From: Candidatus Bathyarchaeia archaeon
Lineage (GTDB): Bacteria; Patescibacteriota; Microgenomatia; PFEM01; JAFGMK01
DNA length: 64,000 nucleotides
Direction of reading: 5' to 3'
NCBI GenBank assembly: GCA_035529595.1
Contig: DATKWK010000023.1
Span: 142,961 to 206,960 of the forward strand
In this document: positions 36,370 through 45,465 of the stretch, in pieces
Layout: each line of letters opens with the position of its first letter
Numbering within the stretch: position 1 is the stretch's first letter
The notes under the pieces: generated by a model
Told to the model about the DNA's origin: nothing
What the model saw: only the letters and a program-made list of their open reading frames with translations
The model's database searches: none
Position numbers and translations under genes: made by a program

Positions 36370-37916
36370 CTTTCTCCTTTTGTGTTGAAACCAGCTAAAT
36401 AATTTAAAACGTTAAAAAAGTTTCTTCCTGGATCTTGGTAGGTCATTTGAAAAATTTCACTAGCTTTCTGGCAGGATTGGCGAGCATATCTCGGATCCTG
36501 GATCATCCAGGCGATCACTTTAGCTAGAAGTGGAGGAGGGTCATTATAGCGGAAATTCCATTGAGTGGAAAATTCGTTGATGACTGAATCAATCGTATCT
36601 ACACCCATGTAACCAAACCCAGGAATAGTAAATAAAATTTGGGGAATGTCTGGAAGAATGGCCACTTCAGCTGAAGCGTTGGTTTCGGAGGTGCGGTTAA
36701 TAATTAATTGGCTTAGTTTATAAACAGCCAGGAGAACTGTTTGGGGAAGTTCAGGTTTGGGAACAATTAATATCCCTGACGTGGTTGGGTTTTGGTCAGG
36801 AGTAAATACCCCTTCGATTTTTTTTGATAATAGAAATTCAATAGCTTCGGCAGGTAAGACCAAGTTAATGGACCGACCAATTTGTCTTGAGGCCTCCAGG
36901 ACCCCCAGGGCTAAAGTCTGGGTGCCGGCCAGAATGCTTTGGAATTGCTCTGGGGTTAACCATTTACCGACGTTTTCTTGATTCCAATAATCGCCACAGG
37001 CAGGGCAAACAACATTAGGATTGCCATTGCTCAAGATATCAAGGCCGTAGGCTTGGATTAGTCTTCTCGCCTCTGAGACAGTAAGACCTTTATAGAAGTC
37101 TTGAAGTCGCTGAATGTAATCAGGGGTGAAGTTTTGAGCAACCGTTAGGCGTTTGAGCCCTGGGTAGGCTTGGAGACGATCGGCCTCGGCCGTAGGGGGA
37201 CATGGTAGCCAGTTGACACAAGCGGCAAAGGTTTCCAAGCCTTGATTGGGCAGGCCGGCATAGGCAGGGGGAAAGAATCGATCAAGAGGACGGCCGTTGA
37301 TATCTAAGTTCCAAGAGGGATTATCATAGTCGGGGACACAGCTGTCTTGATAGACAAATCTTCCTGCAAGCTCTGGACAGTTAAGTTCACGCTTAATTCT
37401 TAAAATTGCCTTTGCAGCTGCGAGGGGTGATTGGGCGGTATAGCCAGTGGCCAGATAGAAAATACGCTCAATTTTTTGCTCTGCCAGTTGTTTGGTGGCT
37501 TGATAAACAGCTGTCTCGATTGGTTGGAAACTAGCGGGGATTGAATTATCAGTCGGTTCTCCGATTTCTATATTAGGGGTAGTTACCAGATAGCCGGTAA
37601 GTTCTGGAACGACAAAACGAGGAACCGTTAAACTTCTTGAAACTCTTAAAAGAGGGATCATCTGGATTTGGGCGGTTTGCTCGGCCCAAGCGGAATTATT
37701 TATTGCCCAGGTAGTTGGTCCACCACCGGCACAAGTGGCTGGATTTATTTCAACAATTGCCTGAGCTGGTTTTCCGCGGATGCCTCTAGGGTATTGGCCT
37801 TCGGCAATGTCGTTAGGATTAATTAACTCTGGCCGAGGACACTGCTTGCTTGCTGCATAGTCAATAATCTCTCTAATTTCTCTTACTTGTTCATTATTTG
37901 GTAGTCTTTCGGTCAT
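36366..37916 (-). CDS. Hypothetical 516-aa protein, first gene of the G/C-richer cassette
   Basis: No recognisable motif apart from a CPACGDYW Cys pair. It overlaps the next gene by 4 nt. Confidence 0.45.
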   Translation of the reverse strand: MTERLPNNEQVREIREIIDYAASKQCPRPELINPNDIAEGQYPRGIRGKPAQAIVEINPATCAGGGPTTWAINNSAWAEQTAQIQMIPLLRVSRSLTVPRFVVPELTGYLVTTPNIEIGEPTDNSIPASFQPIETAVYQATKQLAEQKIERIFYLATGYTAQSPLAAAKAILRIKRELNCPELAGRFVYQDSCVPDYDNPSWNLDINGRPLDRFFPPAYAGLPNQGLETFAACVNWLPCPPTAEADRLQAYPGLKRLTVAQNFTPDYIQRLQDFYKGLTVSEARRLIQAYGLDILSNGNPNVVCPACGDYWNQENVGKWLTPEQFQSILAGTQTLALGVLEASRQIGRSINLVLPAEAIEFLLSKKIEGVFTPDQNPTTSGILIVPKPELPQTVLLAVYKLSQLIINRTSETNASAEVAILPDIPQILFTIPGFGYMGVDTIDSVINEFSTQWNFRYNDPPPLLAKVIAWMIQDPRYARQSCQKASEIFQMTYQDPGRNFFNVLNYLAGFNTKGER

Positions 37917-37957
37917 ATTTTTCCTTTCTGATCGGCAGTTGAAATTTTTTAACCATT

Positions 37958-37980
37958 AAAAAACCCCGCCTAAAGCGGGG
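37958..37980 (-). terminator. Rho-independent terminator (minus strand): CCCCGC-ctaaa-GCGGGG stem followed by U6
   Basis: Hairpin 37964-37980 with an A6 tract (plus strand) at 37958-37963. It is part of a larger three-hairpin dyad region (37958..38040) between the YerC-like gene and the cassette. Confidence 0.6.
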
Positions 37981-38142
37981 TAAAGAACAGACTTCAAGGT
38001 TTTTTATTACCAAAAACCTTTACCCCGCTTGGCGGGGTGATGATGATTGGCTGGGTTAATGTTATTCATTTTCATATTCAATTTAAAACATGTTACCGTA
38101 GTAATACGATACTATATCACAAAAAATAAATTTGTCAATAGA

Positions 38143-38448
38143 TCATTTTTTAGAAGAATCAGAAAGACGGTTGAGGATTAGTTTGTAACCTCCCAAGCCA
38201 TGCCTAAGCCAATGAGCCACCCGGGTAACCGTAGTAGTTGAAACTTTACAATGTTTGGCGATTTTTTCATAAGAAAACTTCCTTTGGTGTAAAAGTTTAG
38301 CGATTTGAAATCGGGAAGAAGAATCGTCAATTTCTTTAATGGTTAAAAGATCCCGAAAAAAAAGACAGGCTTCGCTTAAATTTTTCAAATTTAAGATTGC
38401 CTCAAATAATTCTTTCGTTTCTTTTGAAGGATAGCGTTTTTCTTTCAC
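38143..38448 (-). CDS. TrpR-like YerC/YecD-family DNA-binding protein
   Basis: The 101-aa protein has ...YEKIAKHCKVSTTTVTRVAHWLRHG, the HTH of the YerC/YecD family. Confidence 0.6.
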   Translation of the reverse strand: MKEKRYPSKETKELFEAILNLKNLSEACLFFRDLLTIKEIDDSSSRFQIAKLLHQRKFSYEKIAKHCKVSTTTVTRVAHWLRHGLGGYKLILNRLSDSSKK

Positions 38449-38485
38449 TGACTTCTTAACTTAAACTTAGCACGCGAATACGTGA

Positions 38486-39223
38486 TTAGTCAATTGCTTT
38501 CTCTTCCGGAGTAGGGGAGATTTCTTTAGTCGTTAAGAGAAAGACAAGTTTAGCTTCAATCTTTTCATCGTTAATCAGGCCAGTAACTACTACTAAGTCA
38601 TTTTCCTCAAGCATCTCTTTTCCAATGGTTTCATTTTTCTCGTTTACCTTCTGGACTATTTGGCTATTTTTTGACCAATTGACTTGCCATTCTTCATTTC
38701 TTTGGAGTGTTTGTAAAATGAAGCCTGTTTTTTCAATTTGAGTAATTTGTCCTATAACTGCAATCCGGTTTTCTTGTTTTGGTTTGTCGGCAATAACTAC
38801 TCTTTTAGTCAGAAGCTTTTCCGGAGTGTCACTATAGCCCATAGTGATTATAAAGCTGCCGATCTCTAAATCTTCAAAAACAAGTTTCTTTTTATTCTGA
38901 TCAACAATTAAAGTTTCGCTGTCAACAGTCGCAGTTCTTTTGCCTTGGAAGGTTTGAAGAACAATGGTTTGATTAAAAAGGTCGGTTACTTCCCCGAAAA
39001 AAGCCTTTTTCTTGTCCTGCAGCGGTTCAGTTTCAGCTTTTATCTTTTCCTGGACTTCCTTTCGTATTTGTTCTGAAATTGGGTCCTTGGTAGGCTCAGG
39101 CGACTCATTTTGGTTAGTCGGCAGTGTTCCTACCTGGGCTGCCGCTCGTTCGGCGGGCCACATAACAAGTAATAATAAACAGCATAAAATCAAATATTTA
39201 TATTTGAAAATTTGTTGTTTCAT
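38486..39223 (-). CDS. Hypothetical secreted protein
   Basis: Signal peptide LILCCLLLLVMWPAERAAAQ. Confidence 0.45.
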   Translation of the reverse strand: MKQQIFKYKYLILCCLLLLVMWPAERAAAQVGTLPTNQNESPEPTKDPISEQIRKEVQEKIKAETEPLQDKKKAFFGEVTDLFNQTIVLQTFQGKRTATVDSETLIVDQNKKKLVFEDLEIGSFIITMGYSDTPEKLLTKRVVIADKPKQENRIAVIGQITQIEKTGFILQTLQRNEEWQVNWSKNSQIVQKVNEKNETIGKEMLEENDLVVVTGLINDEKIEAKLVFLLTTKEISPTPEEKAID

Positions 39224-39654
39224 ATTTCTGCAGTTGAATAAACTACGTTTATAGTTTTTTCTACTTCGTTGCCTTTTTGATCAAAGGCTTTAACAATAAT
39301 TTCGTTGGCGCCACCATTTAAGGTTATTGTGGTTTCAAAATTACCATCCTGATTGGCTTCAAGGATCCTTTCTCCGTCTTCGTAAAAGATAACGACAATT
39401 GCCTCAGGTAAAGTAGTACCGCGGAGGTTAATTTCCTCTTCTTTGATAATTGAGTTTTCTTCGGGATAGCTAATCTCCAAAGTTAGAGCCGGAGGGGTTG
39501 GTGTGGGAGTATTTTGAGGAGTTGGCGTTGCTACTAGAATGACAGTTGGGATGGGTTTTTCTTGGAGCGATCGATTGGCCGACCAAATGCCAAAGGTAAT
39601 GATCAATCCTAAGCCGAAACCAAGCACTATGGCGATAATAACTTCTTTTCGCAT
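39220..39654 (-). CDS. Hypothetical secreted/membrane-anchored protein (Ig-like)
   Basis: N-terminal TM, Pro/Thr linker PTPQNTPTPTPP and a beta-rich C-terminus. Confidence 0.45.
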   Translation of the reverse strand: MRKEVIIAIVLGFGLGLIITFGIWSANRSLQEKPIPTVILVATPTPQNTPTPTPPALTLEISYPEENSIIKEEEINLRGTTLPEAIVVIFYEDGERILEANQDGNFETTITLNGGANEIIVKAFDQKGNEVEKTINVVYSTAEI

Positions 39655-39818
39655 CGTTTTAGACTAGATAAAAAAACCATTTAAGAGATTTTTCCGTACT
39701 ATAGCTGAAAATTTGCTTCTTGTCAAGGCAATTGGGGTAAAAAAAGGTGCTTGCCTAAACTTGATAACTTGATTATACTTTAGACTGATGCGACCATTAG
39801 TTCAAAGGGAGGTTATAA

Positions 39819-40472
39819 ATGGAAATCAGTTATCTGGGTCATTCGAGTTTCAGGATAAGGACTAAAAAAGCGATAATGGTTACTGATCCTTACGATCCGG
39901 CTACGGGATTGATTATGCCCAAGGTCCAAGCCGATATTATCATTATTAGTCATTCTCATCACGATCACAATTATGTTGAGGCGATAGCAGGAACCGAAGG
40001 CCATCCGGAGCCTTTTATTATTACCGGCCCTGGCGAATACGAAGTAAGTCAGGTATTTATTTTAGGAATGCCTACCTTTCATGATAGTGTTAAAGGTGAA
40101 AAAAGGGGCAAAAACACGATTTATCTGATTCTGGCCGATGGATTAAGAATTTGTCATTTAGGCGATTTAGGTCATCTTCTTACCGATAAACAGCTTGAAG
40201 AACTTGGCGATATTGATGTGCTATTTATTCCAGTGGGAGGGAAATATACTTTGGGGCCTCAGAAGGCAACCGAAGTTATTAATCAAGTCGAGCCTAAGAT
40301 CGTAATTCCGATGCATTATCAAGTACCAAGTCTTAAGATGGATTTGGCGCCGGTTGAAAAATTTATCAATGAGTTAGGACTCGAAATAAAGCAACCAGTT
40401 AATAAACTTTCTCTCAAAGCGGGATATTTACCGGAAGAACGAGAAATAGTAGTTATGGAAAGTAAGATCTAA
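39819..40472 (+). CDS. MBL-fold metallo-hydrolase
   Basis: HSHHDH metal-binding motif (IIIISHSHHDHNY). Confidence 0.75.
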   Translation: MEISYLGHSSFRIRTKKAIMVTDPYDPATGLIMPKVQADIIIISHSHHDHNYVEAIAGTEGHPEPFIITGPGEYEVSQVFILGMPTFHDSVKGEKRGKNTIYLILADGLRICHLGDLGHLLTDKQLEELGDIDVLFIPVGGKYTLGPQKATEVINQVEPKIVIPMHYQVPSLKMDLAPVEKFINELGLEIKQPVNKLSLKAGYLPEEREIVVMESKI

Positions 40473-40533
40473 CAATTGAAGCTCAAATCGGTTTTCTGGC
40501 CTGTTTGTGCTTTTGATGGTTGGTTAATAAACT

Positions 40534-41847
40534 TTGGCTAATATTAAAATTCCCCCACATAACTTAGAGACAGAACAATCAATTTTAGGCGCGATTCTGA
40601 TTGATAAAGACGCGATTGTTTCTGTGGCTGAATTTTTGCGTCCCCAACACTTCTATAGCGAATCGCATCAAGTTATCTTTGAGGCAGCACTGGACCTCTA
40701 CGAAGAAAGAAAACCGATTGATATTGTCACTTTGTCTGAAAAGCTTAGAAAGAAGAGGAATTTAACTAAAATCGGGGGTCGGTCTTATCTGGCAGAGCTT
40801 GCAGAAAAAGTACCGACTGCGGCTAATATTGAAAGCTATGGAAAGATCGTCAAAGACGATTACATTAAAAGAGCGTTAATTTCAACCGCGGGAGAAATTG
40901 CCGAACGTGCTTTTGATGAGTCTTCAGAGGCGGATCAGGTAATGGATCTGGCAGAGCAGGCAATATTTTCTCTTTCCCAAAGGCATATGAGGCAGGCGTT
41001 TATTGCGGTAAAGGAAGCGCTGGCTGATTCCTTTGATCGGCTGGATGAGCTTCATAAGAAAGCCGGCGGCCTCCGGGGAATTCCTACCGGGTTTAAAGAT
41101 TTGGACGATACCTTAGCCGGTTTTCAGCCCTCAAATTTAATAATTCTTGCTGCCAGGCCAGGAATAGGAAAGACAGCTTTAGTCCTGAATATGGCTCAAC
41201 ATATCGCGGTTAACGAGCAGATACCAGTTGGCTTTTTTTCATTGGAGATGAGTAAAGAGGAGCTAGTTGACCGACTCCTAATAGGGCAGGCTGACATTGA
41301 TGCTTGGCGTTTAAAAACTGGTCGTTTGGAGGAGGAAGACTTTACTAAGCTTTCAGAGGCAATGGGAGTTTTGGCAGAAAGCCCTCTTTTTGTAGACGAT
41401 ACGCCGGCACTCTCGGTATTGGAAATGAGAACTAAGGCGAGACGTCTCGTCGCTGAGCACAATGCTAAATTTATAATCGTTGATTATTTGCAGTTAGCGC
41501 GAAGCCGTTCTCTTGAAAACCGAGTGCAGGAAGTTTCCGAAATCTCTCAAGGTTTGAAAAATTTGGCGCGCGAACTTAAAATTCCGGTGTTGGCTTGTTC
41601 GCAGCTTTCACGCGCAGTCGAACAGCGCGGATCTAAAAAACCACAATTGGCAGACCTACGCGAATCGGGAGCCATCGAACAAGATGCAGATGTAGTTATG
41701 TTTCTCTGGCGGTCGGATGAGGAGGTGCCCGAGAGTATGCAGCTTTCGATTTCCAAACACAGAAACGGCCCCTTAAGGGAAATTAATCTTTATTGGAAAG
41801 GGGATCGGATTCGCTTCTTTGGGGTGGAGAAGAGAAAAGAAAAGTAG
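40534..41847 (+). CDS. dnaB: Replicative DNA helicase DnaB
   Basis: N-terminal PPHNLETEQSILGAILID and Walker A AARPGIGKTALVLNMA. Normal length, no intein. Confidence 0.9.
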   Translation: MANIKIPPHNLETEQSILGAILIDKDAIVSVAEFLRPQHFYSESHQVIFEAALDLYEERKPIDIVTLSEKLRKKRNLTKIGGRSYLAELAEKVPTAANIESYGKIVKDDYIKRALISTAGEIAERAFDESSEADQVMDLAEQAIFSLSQRHMRQAFIAVKEALADSFDRLDELHKKAGGLRGIPTGFKDLDDTLAGFQPSNLIILAARPGIGKTALVLNMAQHIAVNEQIPVGFFSLEMSKEELVDRLLIGQADIDAWRLKTGRLEEEDFTKLSEAMGVLAESPLFVDDTPALSVLEMRTKARRLVAEHNAKFIIVDYLQLARSRSLENRVQEVSEISQGLKNLARELKIPVLACSQLSRAVEQRGSKKPQLADLRESGAIEQDADVVMFLWRSDEEVPESMQLSISKHRNGPLREINLYWKGDRIRFFGVEKRKEK

Positions 41848-41869
41848 CTTCTGAAGCTGATGATATTAA

Positions 41870-41878
41870 TGCTATAAT
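41870..41878 (+). promoter_or_regulatory. Extended -10 element TGcTATAAT directly upstream of the tRNA-Leu
   Basis: TGCTATAAT ends 12 nt before tRNA position 1. No strong -35. Confidence 0.4.
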
Positions 41879-41889
41879 CGGGCTGATTT

Positions 41890-41975
41890 GCCGGGGTGCT
41901 GGAATCGGTAGACAGGCTGGTCTCAAAAACCAGTGGTCCGAAAAGACCGTGCGGGTTCGAGTCCCGCCCTCGGCA
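41890..41975 (+). tRNA. tRNA-Leu (anticodon CAA), class II with long variable arm; CCA not encoded
   Basis: Folded manually. Acceptor GCCGGGG/CCTCGGC (one G-U). D-stem CTG/CAG with a GG-containing loop. Anticodon stem CTGGT/ACCAG with loop CTCAAAA. Variable arm GGTC-cgaaaa-GACC. T-arm GCGGG-TTCGAGT-CCCGC. Discriminator A. Confidence 0.85.
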
Positions 41976-42004
41976 CTAAGAGAAGCGTTGTCTAAGGTAA
42001 AAAA

Positions 42005-42958
42005 ATGACCGAAGAATCACTAAATAGAGAAATACAAAGGCAGCATTTGGATGAATTATGCCGGTTCATTAATCAATCAAACGAGCAAATTGAACAGGCC
42101 GGTTATACAGAAACAATTGCTTCCCAGGTTGATAATTATATGTTTGATTCTGATCTACCCGAAGGCACAGCGAGATTTGATGCCTTGTTAGCAACATATA
42201 GACAGAGGGCTAATGCTGGTTATAAATACGAAGTGTTTGAGATAACAATTAATGAAGAAAGGGGACAAAACGAACAATTGTTTTGGAGACGATTTGCGGA
42301 AAGTGTTGGTATGCCACTAGAAGAACTAACTAGAAAATCTTATTTATACAATGATGTACAACTTTATTTTGATCGAAACCCAGCAAACAGGATAATTTTT
42401 TTAAGAGGAGTCCATTATTTATCGGGTCAACTTCAGGCCGAGTTAAGGACAGTAATTGATGCCCCGTCTTTTAATAGAGATGCCTTAGCAAGATATTTCG
42501 CTTTAGGATCAGGACAGATTTTACATAGTCTCGATTGGCAGGGTTCGCCTTTTTGGAATGTTTTCGTCAAAGAGGAAGAAGGGAGAAGTGGTATGTTCAA
42601 AAGAGAAGTTAGTAATGAGGTTATTGCTGCTTTTCGCAGAGCAATAAATGATTTAAGGACCGCTGATTCTGCGACAGTAGCTTTACCCTCGGGGAGAGGA
42701 AAGACAACTTTTGTAGACTACCTCTTACGTCGGCATTTATCTTCTGATGTTATTTATATAAGCATGCAGGGGATAGTGGACGAGACTGGGCAAGCAGTTG
42801 ATGAAGAAAAACTAAGACATCTGCCAAGCAATAGAGAGGCAGGGATAGTTTTTATAGATGAAGCACAGCTTTTAGCGGACCGACAAAAAGATGAGCTTAG
42901 GTCACGTTTTGGTAAAGTGACCTTCTTGGAAACTACTGATTTCAGGTCGATAAAATAA
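42005..42958 (+). CDS. Hypothetical protein with C-terminal minimal P-loop NTPase module
   Basis: Walker A LPSGRGKTTF and Walker B IVFIDEAQLL (hhhhDEaQ, as in the AAA_14/archaeal-ATPase style). The protein ends about 35 aa after Walker B. The 200-aa N-terminal domain is unknown. It lies immediately 3' of the tRNA-Leu. Confidence 0.5.
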   Translation: MTEESLNREIQRQHLDELCRFINQSNEQIEQAGYTETIASQVDNYMFDSDLPEGTARFDALLATYRQRANAGYKYEVFEITINEERGQNEQLFWRRFAESVGMPLEELTRKSYLYNDVQLYFDRNPANRIIFLRGVHYLSGQLQAELRTVIDAPSFNRDALARYFALGSGQILHSLDWQGSPFWNVFVKEEEGRSGMFKREVSNEVIAAFRRAINDLRTADSATVALPSGRGKTTFVDYLLRRHLSSDVIYISMQGIVDETGQAVDEEKLRHLPSNREAGIVFIDEAQLLADRQKDELRSRFGKVTFLETTDFRSIK

Positions 42959-42967
42959 TATCTTGTT

Positions 42968-43408
42968 TTAAAATAAGACTAAAAAAATGATGAGACTGAC
43001 AAGTATAACCTGTGGTAGCAAACCCCAAAAAATGCTCGGACTGTTCCGGTGGACGACTTTACTGTGAAAGTAATTCAATTTAGGAAAAAGGTTCAAGTCC
43101 AAAAAGATCATCGGTACCTCCAGAAAATCAGGAAGAAGACTCACTCCGACGCCATGCCAGAGAAGAGGGGAGAATTTCTTTCTGAATTGAAAAAGATAAA
43201 AGACGCTGATAAGAGTCGCAATTCCATCCGCAAGAGCCAACAAAAATATTTTAAGATGGCTTTGCTGTTTAATGTTATACCCGAGATCCCAGTGAGGAAT
43301 AAAATCGCTTAAATAATGACTAATAAGGACCAGGGGTAAAGAAAATAGAGGATTTTTTATTTTCGTGACCAGGATAGCTCCGGTTAAACTATGAGTAGTC
43401 AAAAGCAT
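42968..43408 (-). CDS. Hypothetical small membrane protein
   Basis: 4-5 TM segments, no motif. Confidence 0.4.
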   Translation of the reverse strand: MLLTTHSLTGAILVTKIKNPLFSLPLVLISHYLSDFIPHWDLGYNIKQQSHLKIFLLALADGIATLISVFYLFQFRKKFSPLLWHGVGVSLLPDFLEVPMIFLDLNLFPKLNYFHSKVVHRNSPSIFWGLLPQVILVSLIIFLVLF

Positions 43409-43473
43409 AGACTTAATGATATTAAAAAGAACATCTCTTTTAAAGGGAGAAAATTTGTAGTATCATTTTCTTT

Positions 43474-44322
43474 ATGTTACCGATTCTTTTTAAAATAGGC
43501 GAATTTAGTTTTTCTTCGCTCGGTTTATCGTTAGCCCTGGCCTTTTTAGTCTGTTTTTTTATCATCTGGCGCCGGCTAAGAGAAGCTAATCTTAATGAAG
43601 AAAAAATCGTTGACGCTTTTCTTTTTTCAGTTATCGGTGCAATTATTATGTCACGAGCTTTCTATATCCTTCTTAGCTGGCCAACTTTTAAATTTAACTT
43701 GATTAAATGGTTATATTTTAATTACTTCCCCGGTTTTACATTTACAGGCGCTTTAGTAGGTTTTTTGCTTAGTTTCTATTTCTTCTCTCGTAGGCAGAAG
43801 TGGAATTTTTACAAAGTTGCCGATGAACTCATTTTTGGCTTACTTCCTTTCGCCATGGTAACGGAACTGGGTATTTTCCTTGATGGCAGCGATCTAGGCG
43901 CAGAAACTGGTATGCCCTGGGGTCTTTTCTTCCCGGGGGACATGGTTAGACGCCATCCGGTGAGCCTTTTTAAGTCGCTTTTATTTCTTTCCCTTTGGGT
44001 TTATTTCCTCAGGATTGAGAGAATCTGGCGTAGTTGGAATTGGTACCGGAGTCATAAGGAAGGTTTCATCTTGATTAATTTTGTCATTTTTACTTCCGTC
44101 TTTAAATTAGCGCTTGCTTTTTTAAAACCAATTGGCTTATACTCGGTTTTGGTAGAGAAGGTTGGCAGTTTGTCCCTTCTGGTGATGGGAATTATTTGGC
44201 TTTATATGCGTTCGGGAAGAGACATTAGCGAGGATTTAGGCTTCACCAAAAAAATATCAATTCTTAAAGATAGATTTAAGAATAGAAAGGAAAATATCCA
44301 TGGAAAAAACAAAGGTAGTTAA
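43474..44322 (+). CDS. lgt: Prolipoprotein diacylglyceryl transferase-like (Lgt-like, divergent)
   Basis: Lgt-like topology and a HPVSLFKS segment aligned to the Lgt HPxQLYE signature. The His of the FHGG region is not conserved. Confidence 0.45.
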   Translation: MLPILFKIGEFSFSSLGLSLALAFLVCFFIIWRRLREANLNEEKIVDAFLFSVIGAIIMSRAFYILLSWPTFKFNLIKWLYFNYFPGFTFTGALVGFLLSFYFFSRRQKWNFYKVADELIFGLLPFAMVTELGIFLDGSDLGAETGMPWGLFFPGDMVRRHPVSLFKSLLFLSLWVYFLRIERIWRSWNWYRSHKEGFILINFVIFTSVFKLALAFLKPIGLYSVLVEKVGSLSLLVMGIIWLYMRSGRDISEDLGFTKKISILKDRFKNRKENIHGKNKGS

Positions 44323-44677
44323 ATTTCCGATGACAATATTGGGACCGATTAGGGATTTTTTGTCCAGGAAAGAAAAAAAACTTATTAAAAGGAAAAAAAC
44401 TTTAACAAAAGAAGATCCGTTTACCGATGTTTCAAGATTGGCCGACAACGCCGCTCCAGATACCGAAGCAGCTGAACAGACCAGTCATGCGCGTGTTTCA
44501 GCTATGAAAAGAGAGTTAGATCGAAACCTGATTCAGGTCAGAAAGGCCTTAACTCGTCTGAAATTAGGTAAATACGGTATTTGTGAGAAGTGCGGCCAGA
44601 TGATCGATACCGAAAGATTAATGATCCGTCCGGAAGCGACGACTTGCGTTAAGTGCGAAACGAAAAAAGAAGCTTAA
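44300..44677 (+). CDS. DksA/TraR-family C4 zinc-finger protein
   Basis: C-terminal CEKCGQMIDTERLMIRPEATTCVKC with four Cys. Confidence 0.7.
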   Translation: MEKTKVVKFPMTILGPIRDFLSRKEKKLIKRKKTLTKEDPFTDVSRLADNAAPDTEAAEQTSHARVSAMKRELDRNLIQVRKALTRLKLGKYGICEKCGQMIDTERLMIRPEATTCVKCETKKEA

Positions 44678-44695
44678 AAGGAGTTTGGATCGGAA

Positions 44696-45454
44696 GTGAT
44701 ACGGCTGGCCCTTCAAATTACTCCCAAAATTATTTACGAAGACGATTTTCTTCTTATCGTCGATAAACCATCGAATTTAATAGTTAATCGGTTCGGTAGT
44801 GTCCAAACCGGGAATCTTCAAGATTGGATAGAAAAGAGAGTTAAATTAGTAAGCCAAAATCAGAGGACCGGTTTTATGAGAAGAAGTGGCTTGGTTCACC
44901 GTCTAGATAAAGAAACATCCGGCTTGGTAATTGTTGCCAAGAGAGAGGAGGCATTTACGGATCTTCAGTCTCAGTTTAAAAAGAGGACTGTCCAAAAAGA
45001 ATACTTAGCTCTTGTTCATGGAATCCCTGATCCGCCGAAAGGTCAGATTATTCTTCCAATTGCCAGAAACCCTGTTAATAGGCACAGATTTGGTGTTTTT
45101 CTCAATGGAAGAGAAGCCGAAACTAATTATCAAAGCACGAAAAATTATGTTATGAAATTTGGCCGTCAGACAAGGTATTACTCTTTATTGAAGCTTTATC
45201 CAAAAACTGGTCGAACGCACCAACTGCGTGTCCATTTAAAATTCGCAAACTATCCTATTGTCGCGGATTCTCTCTATGCTGGCCGGAAAACTTATCGCGA
45301 AGATAAACGCTGGTGTCCTCGGCTTTTCTTACACGCCAGTCGGATTTCTTTCATTCATCCTAAAGATAGACAAGCAATGACCTTTTCTGATCCGACCCCA
45401 TCTGATCTAGCTAACGCTTTAGAAAAATTAGAAGTACTCAAAAAAAGTTTTTAA
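44696..45454 (+). CDS. RluA-family pseudouridine synthase
   Basis: Catalytic motif LVHRLDKETSGLVIVAK and RTHQLRVHL. Confidence 0.8.
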   Translation: MIRLALQITPKIIYEDDFLLIVDKPSNLIVNRFGSVQTGNLQDWIEKRVKLVSQNQRTGFMRRSGLVHRLDKETSGLVIVAKREEAFTDLQSQFKKRTVQKEYLALVHGIPDPPKGQIILPIARNPVNRHRFGVFLNGREAETNYQSTKNYVMKFGRQTRYYSLLKLYPKTGRTHQLRVHLKFANYPIVADSLYAGRKTYREDKRWCPRLFLHASRISFIHPKDRQAMTFSDPTPSDLANALEKLEVLKKSF

Positions 45455-45465
45455 GGACATGTTTA

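Noticed and set aside
41793-42008. 71-aa ORF spanning the tRNA-Leu
   Set aside because: The sequence folds convincingly into a class II tRNA with all canonical stems, so the ORF is an artefact.
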